Source: an uncultured Hormoscilla sp.
Lineage (GTDB): Bacteria > Cyanobacteriota > Cyanobacteriia > Cyanobacteriales > Desertifilaceae
Assembly: GCA_963921275.4 (NCBI GenBank)
Contig: OZ001293.3
Span: forward strand, 5,664,001-5,728,000
Direction: 5' to 3'
Length of the DNA: 64,000 bases
This document shows positions 43,013-54,191 of this stretch, in pieces; position 1 is the first letter of the stretch, and each line of letters opens with the position of its first letter. Position numbers and translations under genes: made by a program. The notes under the pieces were generated by a model, which was given only the letters and a program-made list of their open reading frames with translations, was not told where the DNA came from and ran no database searches.

Positions 43013-43180
43013 ATTCCTCATCCTACTTGCTTTTACCATTTCATCTTAACATAATTTCCCAAATAATGCGATCGCCTCCAATTGTCCAGTTGACAGAACC
43101 AGGTATATTCTGCTAAAATCTAAATCTAGATAGCCTGTTAGGATCGAATAATCAGATAGCAGGAAAAACAGGAGGAAACA

Positions 43181-43738
43181 ATGTCTGTAGAATTATTGCG
43201 AAAAAAATTCACAGTTCAAGATTACCGCAAGATGACAGAGTCTGGTATTATTAATGAAAAGGATCGGGTAGAATTGATTCGAGGAGAAATTGTAGAAATG
43301 TCACCGATTGGTACGCGACATGCTGCTTACGTGCGACGCTTAAATACTTTATTCTCGGGAAAGCTGCTCGGACGGGCGATCGTTGATATTCAAAATCCGA
43401 TAGAATTAGACGATACCTCGGAACCTCAGCCTGATGTAGCATTGCTGCAACCCTGTGCCGATTTCTACATATTGGGACATCCGCAGCCACGGGATATCCT
43501 TTTGATTATCGAAGTAGCAGATACCACTGTCAGATACGATAGAGAGGTGAAAATACCTCTCTACGCGGAAGATGGAATTGTCGAAGTTTGGCTAATAGAT
43601 ATAAATGGGCAATTTATTGAAGTTTATCGGGAGCCGACTCCCGATGGCTATCAAAATATTCGCCAGTTGGGGCGGGGTAAAAATTTGTCGATCCTGGCGT
43701 TACCTGATGTGCCGATCGCCGTTAACGAAATATTATAA
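43181..43738 (+). CDS. Uma2 (DUF820) family endonuclease-like protein
   Basis: RVELIRGEIVEMSPIG, SEPQPDV and IEVADTT...KIPLYA motifs. Confidence 0.9.
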   Translation: MSVELLRKKFTVQDYRKMTESGIINEKDRVELIRGEIVEMSPIGTRHAAYVRRLNTLFSGKLLGRAIVDIQNPIELDDTSEPQPDVALLQPCADFYILGHPQPRDILLIIEVADTTVRYDREVKIPLYAEDGIVEVWLIDINGQFIEVYREPTPDGYQNIRQLGRGKNLSILALPDVPIAVNEIL

Positions 43739-43936
43739 TAATCCTATTATGGAGTAGGTTAGGTTAACATTAGGAAAGATGGTGACCAGATCGAGGCCAA
43801 CAACAGGTTGGGTTTAGGCACGAAACCCAACCTCCAACTGCCATAACCTGAGTGTTGGGAATTCCCGCTAGCAAGCAGTTCGGCGTTTAGCTACGCCCAC
43901 GGGGTATACGCTCGCCGCAAAAGGGGATATCTCCGT

Positions 43937-43982
43937 GCCGTGTCTCCTGGGTAGTACGAATAGTGCTCCCAGGAGACACGGC
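43937..43982. repeat. Family A element (reverse orientation)
   Basis: GCCGTGTCTCCTGGG-TAGTACGAATAGTGCT-CCCAGGAGACACGGC. Confidence 0.85.
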
Positions 43983-44177
43983 CTAATTTCAAGGGCCAAT
44001 AACCGCTCGCCGAGCGCCGAGCGCTGATACTAGGCTAGCCCATTCCAGTGAATGATCCCAGCCTGCAGTGCTAGCCCCGATTGCTAATCCAGCTATACAG
44101 GGGGCTGCAATTAATGCAGTCCGCCCTTTGCCAATTTGCTTTTTGAGCTGGAACATCGGCGAGGGAGCGGACAGTTA

Positions 44178-45416
44178 CTAATAGACCTTAATCATTAAAA
44201 ACAGGATAAAGGCGTTTAAGTTTGGTTCTAGCAGAGCGCGGTGGTGAAGTGCCAAGAGATAGTTTTTCTTGTGGCGTTTCGCGCTCGTATTCCAGGCCGC
44301 CAGTTCGGATTGAAGAGTGGGAAGGTCCTCTATTCGCTGCGCGAGGCACTGGCCTGTAAGTGCGGCGAGTTCAATTTCGGCTATATTGAGCCAGGAACCC
44401 TGTTTGGGCGTATGATCGATTTCCAGGCGGTTTACTCATACGTCTAGCTTCCTGTGGTGGAAAGGTTTTGTCAAGAGCCGCAGGCTTGTGGGTGTTGAGG
44501 TGATCACAGACGAGAATAACCTTTTGGGCTGTTGGGTAGTCTACATCAAGTAGATGTTTGATTTGCGGCGCCCAATCAGTCATAGTACGGTGTTCATGAG
44601 CTTCGACAGTACGTTTTCCCGACAGAGGTTCACAGAACATGAAGATGCTAGCGGTGCCGTTGCGTTCCTATTCATAGTCATACCTTGTGGGTTTTCCTGG
44701 CTCCAGCGGCAGTGGGATGCGGGTTTCTTTGGTCAGTTGCACTGGCTGTTCATCCATGCAGACAACAGGCACCTTGGCATCATCAGGACGTTGATAAATA
44801 TCGAGCACATCTTCCATCGCCGCTACTTTCATCAGCGTCCTCTTCCGGCGGGATAACCCAGCATTCGCGTAAATGGGGGCAAGAGGCAAGTTTTTTTTAA
44901 CACCTCATGAATTGTATTGGCGGTGCAGTGTGGTACAATGTCGATCTCGACAACGCGGTCTGCTAATAATTGCAATGTCCAACGGACGCGACCTTCCGGC
45001 GGTGTGCTACAGGCCAGTGCGATTCATCACGCCATCAAAAAGCCGTGGTCTGGGTGGTGTCTGGAGTTTCTTCCTTTGCCGCGCTGCTGCCAAGCCCTTA
45101 GACACCAACCGTTTGCGCAGTTCAGACACTGTATTCTTATGACAATGCAGCATCTGAGCAATCGTCTCTACAGACTTGCATTCTCGGTTGGCGTCGCTGT
45201 GGAGCCATATTTGCGCATGTCGTATCAAGAAGGCACCGCCCTTGCCTTTCTTAACAATATTTTCCAGTTCCTGCCGCTCCTGGGAGCTGAGTCGCACTAT
45301 ATATCGTTGTCGCTCCATTGACCCACCCTTTTAGAGCATGTTGAATTTAGAGCATGTTGAAGTTCAGAGATAAATGGTAGCACTCTTTCCTGGTTTTAGC
45401 AATTATGCCCTACTAG
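44178..45416 (-). mobile_element. IS630-family element, transposase pseudogene
   Basis: Imperfect TIRs (CTAATAGACCTTAATCATTAAAAACAGGA and CTAGTAGGGCATAATTGCTAAAACCAGGA); YIVRLSSQER HTH, VCMDEQPVQL, VCDHLNTH; frameshifts. Confidence 0.88.
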
Positions 45417-45657
45417 GGGTAAAGATAGTTTACAGTTTAAAGTAAAGGGGGGTGTCACCCCTGGATATAGAGATGGTGACTTGCCATCCCTTCACGGGGG
45501 CTGTGTCTGTTGACAGGGATGATATAATAGGGGCTCAGGCGTGTCAAGAGACCCAGAGGGCGCACCAGATGATACTACCCGTCATTTGGCCAGAGTCTCA
45601 GTATTCACGCTAGCCCCACAGCACCCCCGGCCCTGACAGGAGTCAATTGGCAGCGTC

Positions 45658-46326
45658 ATGTTTATTCTCAAAAGGCAGGATGTTGAAATTAAGAGCGTTC
45701 AACACCCCAAACGCGATCAACAAGTTCCGATTCTCACCTATCAGGGGCAGACCTTTCGCCTGATTAAGTCCTTTGGGGCATCCCAAGCGGCAGAGGCAAA
45801 GGCTTACTGGCGGGACCTGACCGATAACCATGGTAAAGTCTGCGTCCTGCTACAGGAGCCAGACAGAAACAGTGTCTGGGGCAAGGTCCGTCTAGAGCAG
45901 CTGGCCAGCGAAAAAGCAAGCGCTGGTGGAGCTCTGTCGCCCCTGTTCACCATAGCTTGTCTGTTGCTGCTGCAAGCGGTTTACATCGATATAGAAGACC
46001 TGTTGGGGGGCAGACAAGCTAAAGCATTTGAAAAAGACATTATTAAGGTGTTTAAGAACGGCAGCTTCCCCCAAACAGACTCTCCAAAGGCAGTCAAAGA
46101 GTTACTGACGGCGGACCCCCTCAACAATCTCCAGATTCCTCCTTGGGAAGAGGCGCATCTGAATAAGTTATTGCAAGATATGCATCGCCTGGGCCATGCA
46201 TATTTTGGCAATAACATTTTTACCGCAGCGACTGAGGTGTTGGAGGATATGGAGGCAGGCGATCTGGCTCAGTTTCTGGCTTGGCTAAATCAATCTAATC
46301 TGGGAAAATTGTGGGAAACTGCTTAA
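45658..46326 (+). CDS. Npun_F0813-like conserved protein
   Basis: MFILKRQDVEI...PILTYQGQTFRL...WRDLTDNHGKVCVLL. Confidence 0.75.
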   Translation: MFILKRQDVEIKSVQHPKRDQQVPILTYQGQTFRLIKSFGASQAAEAKAYWRDLTDNHGKVCVLLQEPDRNSVWGKVRLEQLASEKASAGGALSPLFTIACLLLLQAVYIDIEDLLGGRQAKAFEKDIIKVFKNGSFPQTDSPKAVKELLTADPLNNLQIPPWEEAHLNKLLQDMHRLGHAYFGNNIFTAATEVLEDMEAGDLAQFLAWLNQSNLGKLWETA

Positions 46327-46417
46327 AGGTTGCTTGCCCCGCTCTCCCGGTCCGACAGCCAGTACCTCAGCTAAATCAGCATTATATCACATTGCTAGTT
46401 ATCTGGATGCCTCTGAT

Positions 46418-47332
46418 ATGACCAGGTCAAAAAAAAAGTCATCTAAAAAATCATTTTTGACAGCCCGTAATATCGTTCTGGCTGGAGTTGCTTGGTGCCT
46501 AGGGGCGCTGTTGTTTTTTCTGCTGTTTAGCGCCGACCCTCCCGACTGGTACTCTCCGGTTACCTACGTGTTTGAATGTGTAGCTTACCTAGCGGCGGCC
46601 ATGTTATGTTTGAGAAACTGGCAAAGTACTCAGATTGTCAGCGGACGGAATGTCTGGCTGGGAATTGGCCTGGGAATGCTTTCCTACTTGATCGGAAACC
46701 TGCTGTTTGGCGTCTGGGAGCTGGTATGGAAACAAGACCCGACTGTCTCGCTAGGGGATATGTTTTTCTTCCTCACCTATGTTGGTCTCTCTTGGGGCAT
46801 GATTCTGGCGGTAACCACTCGGCGACTCAATTTGGAACTTAGGCAGTGGTTGATTGTAGCGGGAATTGGCATCTTGGGCATTGTCTTAGCTGTATTGGTG
46901 TCTTTACCAAATTCGGTCCCAGAAACACCTGTTGACAACAGTCGGGCTGCTGAACAGGTGGCGCAGACCCCAGAGTCGTCAGCTCCGGGTTGGGTGGTGA
47001 AACTAGAAAACACCCTAGCACCCCTTGAGGGACCGGTGACTCTAATTTATACGGTTTTGGATGTAGCGCTGCTGATTGCTGCGGTAACCCTACTGTTAGC
47101 TTTTTGGGGAGGACGTTTCTCTCAGTCCTGGCGGATGATTGCAGCAGCAGCCATCTCGCTATACATAGCGGATATGGGCTTTAACTATGCTGTCAACCGG
47201 GTGGAAAATTACGAAAGTGGAGGACTAATAGAAGTGTTTTGGATATTTAGCCCCGTCCTGTTTGGCATAGGCGCGGCCCTAGAATATGATCTGTCAACTC
47301 GCTCCTCTGGTCGTCGCCGTCGGCGCTCTTAA
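46418..47332 (+). CDS. Multi-pass membrane protein (paralog 1)
   Basis: Multiple TM helices, LAFWGGRFSQSW and Arg-rich tail. Confidence 0.8.
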   Translation: MTRSKKKSSKKSFLTARNIVLAGVAWCLGALLFFLLFSADPPDWYSPVTYVFECVAYLAAAMLCLRNWQSTQIVSGRNVWLGIGLGMLSYLIGNLLFGVWELVWKQDPTVSLGDMFFFLTYVGLSWGMILAVTTRRLNLELRQWLIVAGIGILGIVLAVLVSLPNSVPETPVDNSRAAEQVAQTPESSAPGWVVKLENTLAPLEGPVTLIYTVLDVALLIAAVTLLLAFWGGRFSQSWRMIAAAAISLYIADMGFNYAVNRVENYESGGLIEVFWIFSPVLFGIGAALEYDLSTRSSGRRRRRS

Positions 47333-47367
47333 TGTAAATCAGATATGGATTAAATTAGTAGCATACT

Positions 47368-48264
47368 ATGAGTAGTTCTGCGAAAAGCGATTTATTAATT
47401 GCTAAATCCTCTCTAAAAGCTGATGTTATCGTCCTAGTGGGAATTACTTGGGCAACAGTGGCCATGGTGTATTTTCTGCTGTATAGCACTAATCCCCCAG
47501 ACTGGTACTCTCCTGTTACCTATATTTTTGAATGTTCCGCTTACCTGGGTGCTTCCCTATTATGTTTGAGAAACTGGCAGAGCCCTCAGATCGTCAGCGG
47601 ACGGAATGTGTGGCTGTTAATTGGTCTGGGAATGCTTTCCTACTTTATCGGAGATGTGCTGTTTGGCCTGTGGGAGTTGGTTTGGCAGCAAGACCCGGCA
47701 GTCTCCCCAGGAGATATATTGTACCTGGTTACCTATATTTGTCTGTCTTGGAGCATGATCCAGGCAGTGACGAGTCGGCGACTAAACCTGGAAATGACTC
47801 AGTGGCTGATAATCGGGGGTCTAGGGGTGGTGGCGATCGCCATAGCTGTCTGGCTGTCTTTAAGCGTCCCAGCAACAGTGGAGGTAGCAAGCACGATCGC
47901 GCCAACAGCAACAGCTCCAGATTGGGTGCTAAAACTAGAAGAGATACTAGCACCGATAGAAGCACCGGTGACTCTGCTGTATACGGTTCTGGATGTGGCG
48001 CTGCTCATAGCTGCGGCCACCCTCCTGTTAGCTTTTTGGGGCGGACGTTTCTCCCAGTCCTGGCAGATGATCGCAGCGGCGGCATTTTCGCTCTATATAG
48101 CAGATATGGGGTTTAAGTATGCCCTAGACAAAGTCGCTAATTACGAAAGTGGAGGACTAATAGAAGTGTTTTGGATATTTAGTCCGGTCCTGTTTGGCAT
48201 AGGTGCTGCTCTAGAATATGATTTGTCAACCCGCACCACTCGCCGCAGCCGTCGGCGTTCTTAA
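47368..48264 (+). CDS. Multi-pass membrane protein (paralog 2)
   Basis: Tandem duplicate of 46418-47332. Confidence 0.8.
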   Translation: MSSSAKSDLLIAKSSLKADVIVLVGITWATVAMVYFLLYSTNPPDWYSPVTYIFECSAYLGASLLCLRNWQSPQIVSGRNVWLLIGLGMLSYFIGDVLFGLWELVWQQDPAVSPGDILYLVTYICLSWSMIQAVTSRRLNLEMTQWLIIGGLGVVAIAIAVWLSLSVPATVEVASTIAPTATAPDWVLKLEEILAPIEAPVTLLYTVLDVALLIAAATLLLAFWGGRFSQSWQMIAAAAFSLYIADMGFKYALDKVANYESGGLIEVFWIFSPVLFGIGAALEYDLSTRTTRRSRRRS

Positions 48265-48269
48265 GTCCC

Positions 48270-49073
48270 ATGGCCCCAAGAAAACTGTTAGACTCAGAAA
48301 AAATAGATATCATTGCTCTGTATCGAGAAACGGGAGATACGACCTCAACCTTGGCCAGTCGCTATAACGTCAGTAATTCGACGATTAGCCGCCTGCTCAA
48401 AAGCAGTTTGCCAGCCGATGAATATGAAATTCTGGTTCAGCAAAAGCGTGCTGCGGCTAAGGGTCAACCTCCTAAGCCTCAGCCGACTCAAGAGTCGGCT
48501 GAGGAGGAAATACCTTTACAGATTACTCCCACAGCTTCTCCTGAGTCGGAAGTGGATGCAACGATCGAGGTGATCGGTGATGATAGTTATCAAGCCCAAG
48601 TTAGTACGATCGAGGAATTGCTAGGGGAGAAATTGCTGCTGGAAGACCAAGATGATGAAGATGATGAGGATTACTCTGAAGATGAGGAAGAATCATCGCC
48701 TGATCGCAGGCTATTTGGCAGGCAATCCCTGAATTTGGCTAGTAATGGGAAGAAGTCCCAAACTTTGATTCAAATCATGCCCTTGTCTGAAGCAGAACTG
48801 CCGAAAATCTGTTATGTGGTCATAGACAGGGCGGCGGAGTTGATTACCCGACCCCTGAATGATTTTAGCGAACTAGGGAAAATCCCAGCGGCAGAAAATG
48901 GGTCGGCCACTCTGCCCATTTTTGAGAATCACCGGGTAGCCCGCCGGTTTTCCAAACGCAGTCATCGAGTCATTAAGGTTCCTGATGGCTCAATGTTGCA
49001 AAAGGTGAGTTCCTATCTGCAAGCTAAGGGCATTACTCGCCTACTGATTGACGATCTGGTTTATTCCTTGTAG
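48270..49073 (+). CDS. Conserved cyanobacterial N-terminal HTH protein
   Basis: TTSTLASRYNVSNSTISRLLK helix-turn-helix, acidic linker and conserved C-terminal domain. Confidence 0.75.
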   Translation: MAPRKLLDSEKIDIIALYRETGDTTSTLASRYNVSNSTISRLLKSSLPADEYEILVQQKRAAAKGQPPKPQPTQESAEEEIPLQITPTASPESEVDATIEVIGDDSYQAQVSTIEELLGEKLLLEDQDDEDDEDYSEDEEESSPDRRLFGRQSLNLASNGKKSQTLIQIMPLSEAELPKICYVVIDRAAELITRPLNDFSELGKIPAAENGSATLPIFENHRVARRFSKRSHRVIKVPDGSMLQKVSSYLQAKGITRLLIDDLVYSL

Positions 49074-49091
49074 CCCCTTGTTGTGCAGTTT

Positions 49092-49355
49092 TTAGTCATA
49101 TTCGTAGTCGGGGTATTCTGTATCATTCTTCTTCCTGGGAATGGTCAAAAGGAGTTGAGCGATCGCACCTCCAATAACCCCGACTCCGACAGTAAATCCT
49201 AGCATAACTCCTACGGGCACGCGAATTGATTGGAAGACGAGAAATTTTAATGATATTGCCGTGGCGTTTTGCACGGAAAGGATGGCGATCGCACTCACCC
49301 ACAGGGCAAGGACGATCGCGATTAATACTGGCGGAATTATTTTCATTTTTTCCAT
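49092..49355 (-). CDS. LapA/DUF1049 family membrane protein
   Basis: AIAILSVQNATAISLKFL and two TM helices; upstream ORF extension is repeat DNA. Confidence 0.75.
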   Translation of the reverse strand: MEKMKIIPPVLIAIVLALWVSAIAILSVQNATAISLKFLVFQSIRVPVGVMLGFTVGVGVIGGAIAQLLLTIPRKKNDTEYPDYEYD

Positions 49356-49384
49356 TAAAATCTCCTGTAAATCGTTCCTACCGT

Positions 49385-49478
49385 TCGTAGTAAGCACTTT
49401 AGTCCTTGCCAGGCAGTTCGTAGTAAGCACTTTAGTGCTTGCCAGGCAGTTCGTAGTAAGCACTAAAGTGCTTACTAC
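49385..49478. repeat. Three tandem 33-bp REP-like units
   Basis: TCGTAGTAAGCACTTTAGTGCTT repeated, with GTAG followed by a hairpin. Confidence 0.8.
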
Positions 49479-49616
49479 CCTAGCTATCAGGTAAGATAAG
49501 CTGTCGCGCAAACAAAGCTGCACATTATGTAATATCGTAATACAGGATGAAACTATTTGGTAATGGAAATCGGAGAATCTGAAAATAACTACGAACTACG
49601 AACTACGAACTACGAA

Positions 49617-50447
49617 CTACTTAACATCGGGAAGAGCCAAAGCTAGCTGGTAGAGTTGACGTCTGGGGAGGTTGGTGAGTTGGGCGAGTTGGCGACTGGC
49701 TTGCGCTCGGGAGAGCCCCTGTGCGATCAATGCTGCTAATTCAGCTTTAAGAACCTCTTCTGAAAATACCTGATTTTGCTGTTGGGCGCCAGCCAAGAGG
49801 ATGGTAAGTTCTCCTTTGGGTTGGCGATCGCGGTAATGGGCGATCGCCTCATGGATGGTACCGCGCCAGAATTCTTCATGTAGTTTAGTCAACTCCCTAG
49901 CTAAGACTATGGGGCGGTGTCCTCCCAGGGCCCCGAGGAGGTCTTGCAAGGTTTGCTGAATCCGATGGGGAGCCTCATATAATATAATAGTCCGGGATTC
50001 TGATTTGAGAGATTCCAGGCGGGAGTTGCGTTGCTGGACTTTGGCGGGTAAAAAGCCTTCAAACACAAACCTGGTGGTGGGCAACCCGGCGGCACATAAG
50101 GCTGTAATTGCTGCATTAGCACCGGGAATGGGCACCACAGGAATTGCAGCCTCCCTACAGGCGACAATTAATTCATATCCGGGGTCTGATATTGTTGGTA
50201 TTCCCGCGTCACTGACCAGGGCGATATCCTTTCCTTCTTTGAGCATCTGTAGCAATTCGGGAATGCGCTGCTGCTGGTTATGTTCGTGGTAACTCAGTTG
50301 GAGTGTGGTAATCTGATAATGCTGCAATAGCTTGCCCGTGTGGCGCGTGTCTTCTGAGGCGATCGCCTGCACTGATTTCAAGATCCGCACGGCCCGGAAT
50401 GTCATATCTTCCAGATTACCAATTGGCGTACCTACTACATAAAGCAT
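49617..50447 (-). CDS. rsmI: 16S rRNA C1402 2'-O-methyltransferase
   Basis: LYVVGTPIGNLED, SDAGIPTISDPG, YEAPHR and RELTKLHEE motifs. Confidence 0.95.
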   Translation of the reverse strand: MLYVVGTPIGNLEDMTFRAVRILKSVQAIASEDTRHTGKLLQHYQITTLQLSYHEHNQQQRIPELLQMLKEGKDIALVSDAGIPTISDPGYELIVACREAAIPVVPIPGANAAITALCAAGLPTTRFVFEGFLPAKVQQRNSRLESLKSESRTIILYEAPHRIQQTLQDLLGALGGHRPIVLARELTKLHEEFWRGTIHEAIAHYRDRQPKGELTILLAGAQQQNQVFSEEVLKAELAALIAQGLSRAQASRQLAQLTNLPRRQLYQLALALPDVK

Positions 50448-50453
50448 TGAATA

Positions 50454-50878
50454 ATGGCAAGGAAAGGACTATTTGTGGGTTTGGTAACTTTAGATTTTAT
50501 CTACCTCGCGGCGGATGTTCCCCATCCTAACCAGAAACTTGTTGCTGCTGATTATAGTTTTGCCGCTGGCGGACCAGCTACTAATGCTGCGGTTACCTTC
50601 CGGTATCTGGGTAACCACTCGATTTTACTTGCTGTTGTCGGCAAGCATCCCATGACTAATCTGATTTTAGCTGATTTAGATAGTCATGAGGTAGCTGTTA
50701 GGGATTTGGAACCGACCAGAGAGTACCCTCCGCCAGTCTCTTCTATTATTGTCACTCAAGAACAGGGCGATCGGGCAGTAATTTCCCTCAACGCGAGCAA
50801 AACCCAAGCCAGGCCCGACCAACTTGCACCTGATATTTTGCAGGGGGTTGACATCCTGTTAATTGACGGTCACCATAG
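50454..50878 (+). pseudogene. PfkB family sugar kinase, C-terminal half missing
   Basis: AAGGPATNAAV signature; ends at LIDGH. Confidence 0.8.
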
Positions 50879-51228
50879 ATGTTGCATATGCTGCGGTGCA
50901 AACCTTAGAATGGATTGAAACTCGGCAAGTTGCCAACCTAACCCTGGCAACTCAAATCAAGTCAGACTTGGATAATGGTGAAGCAGAAGCGATCGCACTT
51001 GCCATAGAGCTAGAGGCTGACTTACTCTTGATAGACGAACCAAAGGGCAGAAAAATTGCGGCTGGATATGGATTGAAATATACCGGGGTAATAGGAACCT
51101 TAATTGAAGCTAAGTCCGCAGGTTTGATTCCCTTTGTCAAACCTATACTGGATGACTTGATCTCGCAAGCAGGCTTCTGGGTTGGTAAAAGGCTGTACCT
51201 AGATGTTTTACAGCAGGTAAAAGAGTAG
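50879..51228 (+). pseudogene. DUF3368/PIN protein, N-terminus missing
   Basis: LDNGEAEAIALA...LLLIDEPKGR...TGVIGTL. Confidence 0.8.
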
Positions 51229-51283
51229 CTCGCTAAATAGTTTTGCTAATGGCTCTTGGTAGAGTTTCTTCGGGAAACTCTAC

Positions 51284-51556
51284 TCAAAACCTTCGCCCCT
51301 CTTCAATCATTTCCCGAATTGAATCTTTATCCAATGCCACTTCTTTCCCAAGTTGTCGCATTCGGAAAATTGCTTCAGTAATTGATTCTTTAGTAGTCAA
51401 TTTTCCCCAAGCATTATACCGTGGTTTAGTTTCTGCAGATGATAACGGCTGCACAACCACCACCACCTCAACAGAAGTATCCTGAAAATCAGTTGGCATC
51501 ACGATTTGCAAAATGCCATCTGTGCCAATATGCGCAATGTGCTTCATTGTTTCCAT
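51284..51556 (-). CDS. Small hypothetical protein (antitoxin-like)
   Basis: HIGTDGILQIVMP...VEVVVVVQP; C-terminal SIREMIEEGRRF. Confidence 0.55.
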   Translation of the reverse strand: METMKHIAHIGTDGILQIVMPTDFQDTSVEVVVVVQPLSSAETKPRYNAWGKLTTKESITEAIFRMRQLGKEVALDKDSIREMIEEGRRF

Positions 51557-51651
51557 ATCATCCTCCAGAAAATCATATACAAAAGACTCCGTAGGTTGGG
51601 TTTCGTTCCTCAACCCAACCTACAATCGCAGGTCCGATTATCCATAAGATA

Positions 51652-51816
51652 TCAAAAGAGAGTATAGATAAACGGAGCAATAACAGAAGCCTGACTGAGG
51701 ACAATCAAGGCCCCCACCATGACTAAACTGATAATCAAAGGTAATAACCAATACTTTTTGCGTTCCCGCAGAAATTCCCAGAGGTCCTTAAACAAATCAA
51801 CAGTAGTTTCCCACAT
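51652..51816 (-). CDS. DUF5989 / SxtK-like small membrane protein (54 aa, below ORF-track cutoff)
   Basis: MWETTVDLFKDLWEFLRERKKYWLLPLII...IAPFIYTLF; TAATG overlap with the upstream gene. Confidence 0.88.
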   Translation of the reverse strand: MWETTVDLFKDLWEFLRERKKYWLLPLIISLVMVGALIVLSQASVIAPFIYTLF

Positions 51817-52220
51817 TAGAAAGGTCGCTCCATACTTTCTCTAGTTTTCATTTGAGAGGGAATGCTATAGGACTCGACATGGCGCTTCCACTCTCGACCC
51901 ATCGGATCGCTACCCATCATCCGCCTGATGATTCCCATCGGCGTGAGGATGAGATAAAAGATAATCCCCAAAATCAACCGCGTGTTAATCCATCCCAAGA
52001 CTAGCCCAATGCGCATCCAGACTTGGTAGACTGGATTGAGGGTTTGGGGTGCTAACAATGCCCAAACCCAGAATATGACCGCTCCCATCCAGGGCCAAAG
52101 GGGTAAAGCATGACGCCATAACAAGGGTCCGACGATCCCAAACACTAGCCCCATCATCAAGCCGAAAATTAGTCCAAAGTCACGCAGCCCTTTTTTGTCC
52201 AGTTTGACGATTTCTTCCAT
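51816..52220 (-). CDS. SxtJ family membrane protein
   Basis: LRDFGL, WMRIGLVLGWINTRLIL and MERPF end. Confidence 0.88.
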   Translation of the reverse strand: MEEIVKLDKKGLRDFGLIFGLMMGLVFGIVGPLLWRHALPLWPWMGAVIFWVWALLAPQTLNPVYQVWMRIGLVLGWINTRLILGIIFYLILTPMGIIRRMMGSDPMGREWKRHVESYSIPSQMKTRESMERPF

Positions 52221-52224
52221 AGAT

Positions 52225-54057
52225 TTAATCTAGTTCAAATTCTGTTTTCCAAGCCTCATCCTTTTCCCAGACTGACTGTTCCTCCTTGGCCAGCAGGATA
52301 TTTTCCAGTACCAGATAATCCATTTCCGTGCGCATAAAGCAGCGGTAGGCGTCTTCCGGTGTACAGATGATCGGTTCTCCCCGGACGTTAAAGGAAGTAT
52401 TCACCAGCACGGCACAGCCAGTCAGTTCCTCAAAATGACGGATTAACTCATAATAGCGAGGATTGGTTTCCTTGTGAACCGTTTGCACCCTCGCAGTGTA
52501 ATCGACGTGGGTGACGGCGGGAGTTTGCGATCGGGGAATTTTCAGGCGATCGAACCCCAACAGTTGCTGCTGTGCTGTCGTCATGGGAACGTGGAGATTT
52601 TCTTTAACAGGAGCTACTATGAGCATATAAGGGCTAGAACTGTCCAGTTCAAAATAATCCGAGACTCGTTCGGCCAAGACAGAAGGAGCAAAAGGTCGGA
52701 AAGATTCCCGGTATTTAATTTTCAGGTTCATCACCGACTGCATTTTCTCACTGCGGGGATCTCCAAGGATCGATCGGCCTCCCAGGGCCCGGGGACCGAA
52801 TTCCATCCGTCCTTGAAACCAACCGACCACATTTCCTTGGGCTAAAATTTCTGCCACCTGGGGCATCAACTGGGCATCATCCAACCGGTGAAAAGGGGCT
52901 CTCACCAATTTCAGATAATCCAGAATCTCCCCTTCTGTGAAACTCGGTCCCAGATAAGCACCCTGCATCTTATCTTGCCCTTTTGATTCGCGAGGGCGAT
53001 CGCAGTACTGATGCCAAACGGCCAAAGCAGCGCCCAAAGCCCCGCCAGCATCACCAGCAGCAGGTTGAACCCAGATATCTTCAAAAATGCCTGCCCGTAA
53101 AATCCGTCCATTAGCAACGCAGTTGAGGGCCACACCACCAGCAAGACAAAGGCGATCGACATCTAGAGACTGGCGAAGAGTTTTAGCGAGGCGCAGCACG
53201 ATCTCTTCGGTCACCCACTGGATCGAACTAGCAATATCCATCTCCCGCTGAGTGATTTGGCTTTCTGGTTGGCGGGGCGGACCCCCAAATAACTGATGAA
53301 ACCTCTGGTTAGTCATAGTCAGACCCGTAGCAAAGTTAAAATAGTCCATATTCAACCGGAAGGTGCCATCCGGCTTGACATCGATCAAATGATTGAGGAT
53401 CGGGTCTACATATTTAGGTTGGCCGTAGGGAGCCAAACCCATCAGTTTATACTCGCCAGAGTTAACCTTGAAGCCAGTATAGTAGGTAAAAGCGGAGTAC
53501 AGTAAACCCAGGGAGTGAGGAAAATCAATTTCCCAGCTCGGAGTTAACTAGTGTCCCTCCCCCAACCAGGCCGTAGTTGTGGCCCATTCACCCACGCCAT
53601 CCAGACAGAGAACCCCTGCCCGGGGAAAGGGACTGGGGAAAAAGGCCGAGGCCGCGTGGGACTGGTGATGTTCGGTAAACAGCAATGGGGGCAAAATTTT
53701 GCTGCCTGCCAGGGTTGCCAGTTCTTTTTTCAGCAGACTTTTCAAGTAAAGCTTTTCCTTTAGCCAGACGGGCATGGCAGCTAAAAAGGAACAAAACCCT
53801 TTGGGGGCATAGGCTAGATAGGTTTCCAGCAGTCGCTCGAACTTGACCAGGGGTTTGTCGTAAAATACAATATAATCTAAATCAAGCAGGCCCAGTCCCC
53901 CTGCTGACAGACAGTACCCGATCGCCCTCGCGGGAAACCTAGCATCATGCTTTTTCCGAGAAAAGCGTTCTTCCTGGGCGGCGGCTGTAATCTGCCCGTC
54001 ACAAACTAAGGCAGCAGCGCTGTCATGGTAAAATGCTGAGATACCAAGGATCTGCAT
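52225..54057 (-). pseudogene. NodU/CmcH (SxtI-like) carbamoyltransferase with one in-frame TAG at 53548-53550
   Basis: YHDSAAAL, EERFSRKKH, EHHQSHA, then TAG, then same frame FPHSLG...EFGPRALG...KYRESFRPFAP. Confidence 0.9.
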
Positions 54058-54191
54058 CTGTTCTCTCCCATACCTACAAAATGATTATTATAGCTTCATG
54101 CTATTATTTTAATGTAACTTGAAAAATAGGCGATCGCCCGGTATCCCGTGCCTCAGAACATCCGTTTGTCAATAGCCCAATTCCAAAATCT

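Noticed and set aside
48270..49073. Transposase
   Set aside because: Only an N-terminal HTH is visible; there is no DDE motif or terminal repeat, and it lies in an operon-like context.
49385..49478. Palindromic tandem repeats as a mini-CRISPR
   Set aside because: The intervening sequence is identical and only about 10 bp; these are REP-like units. The ORF extension 49356-49523 over them is spurious.
51652..54057. Saxitoxin biosynthesis cluster
   Set aside because: Only sxtI/J/K-like genes are present, and these also occur in non-producers; no sxtA, sxtG or sxtB is in the window.
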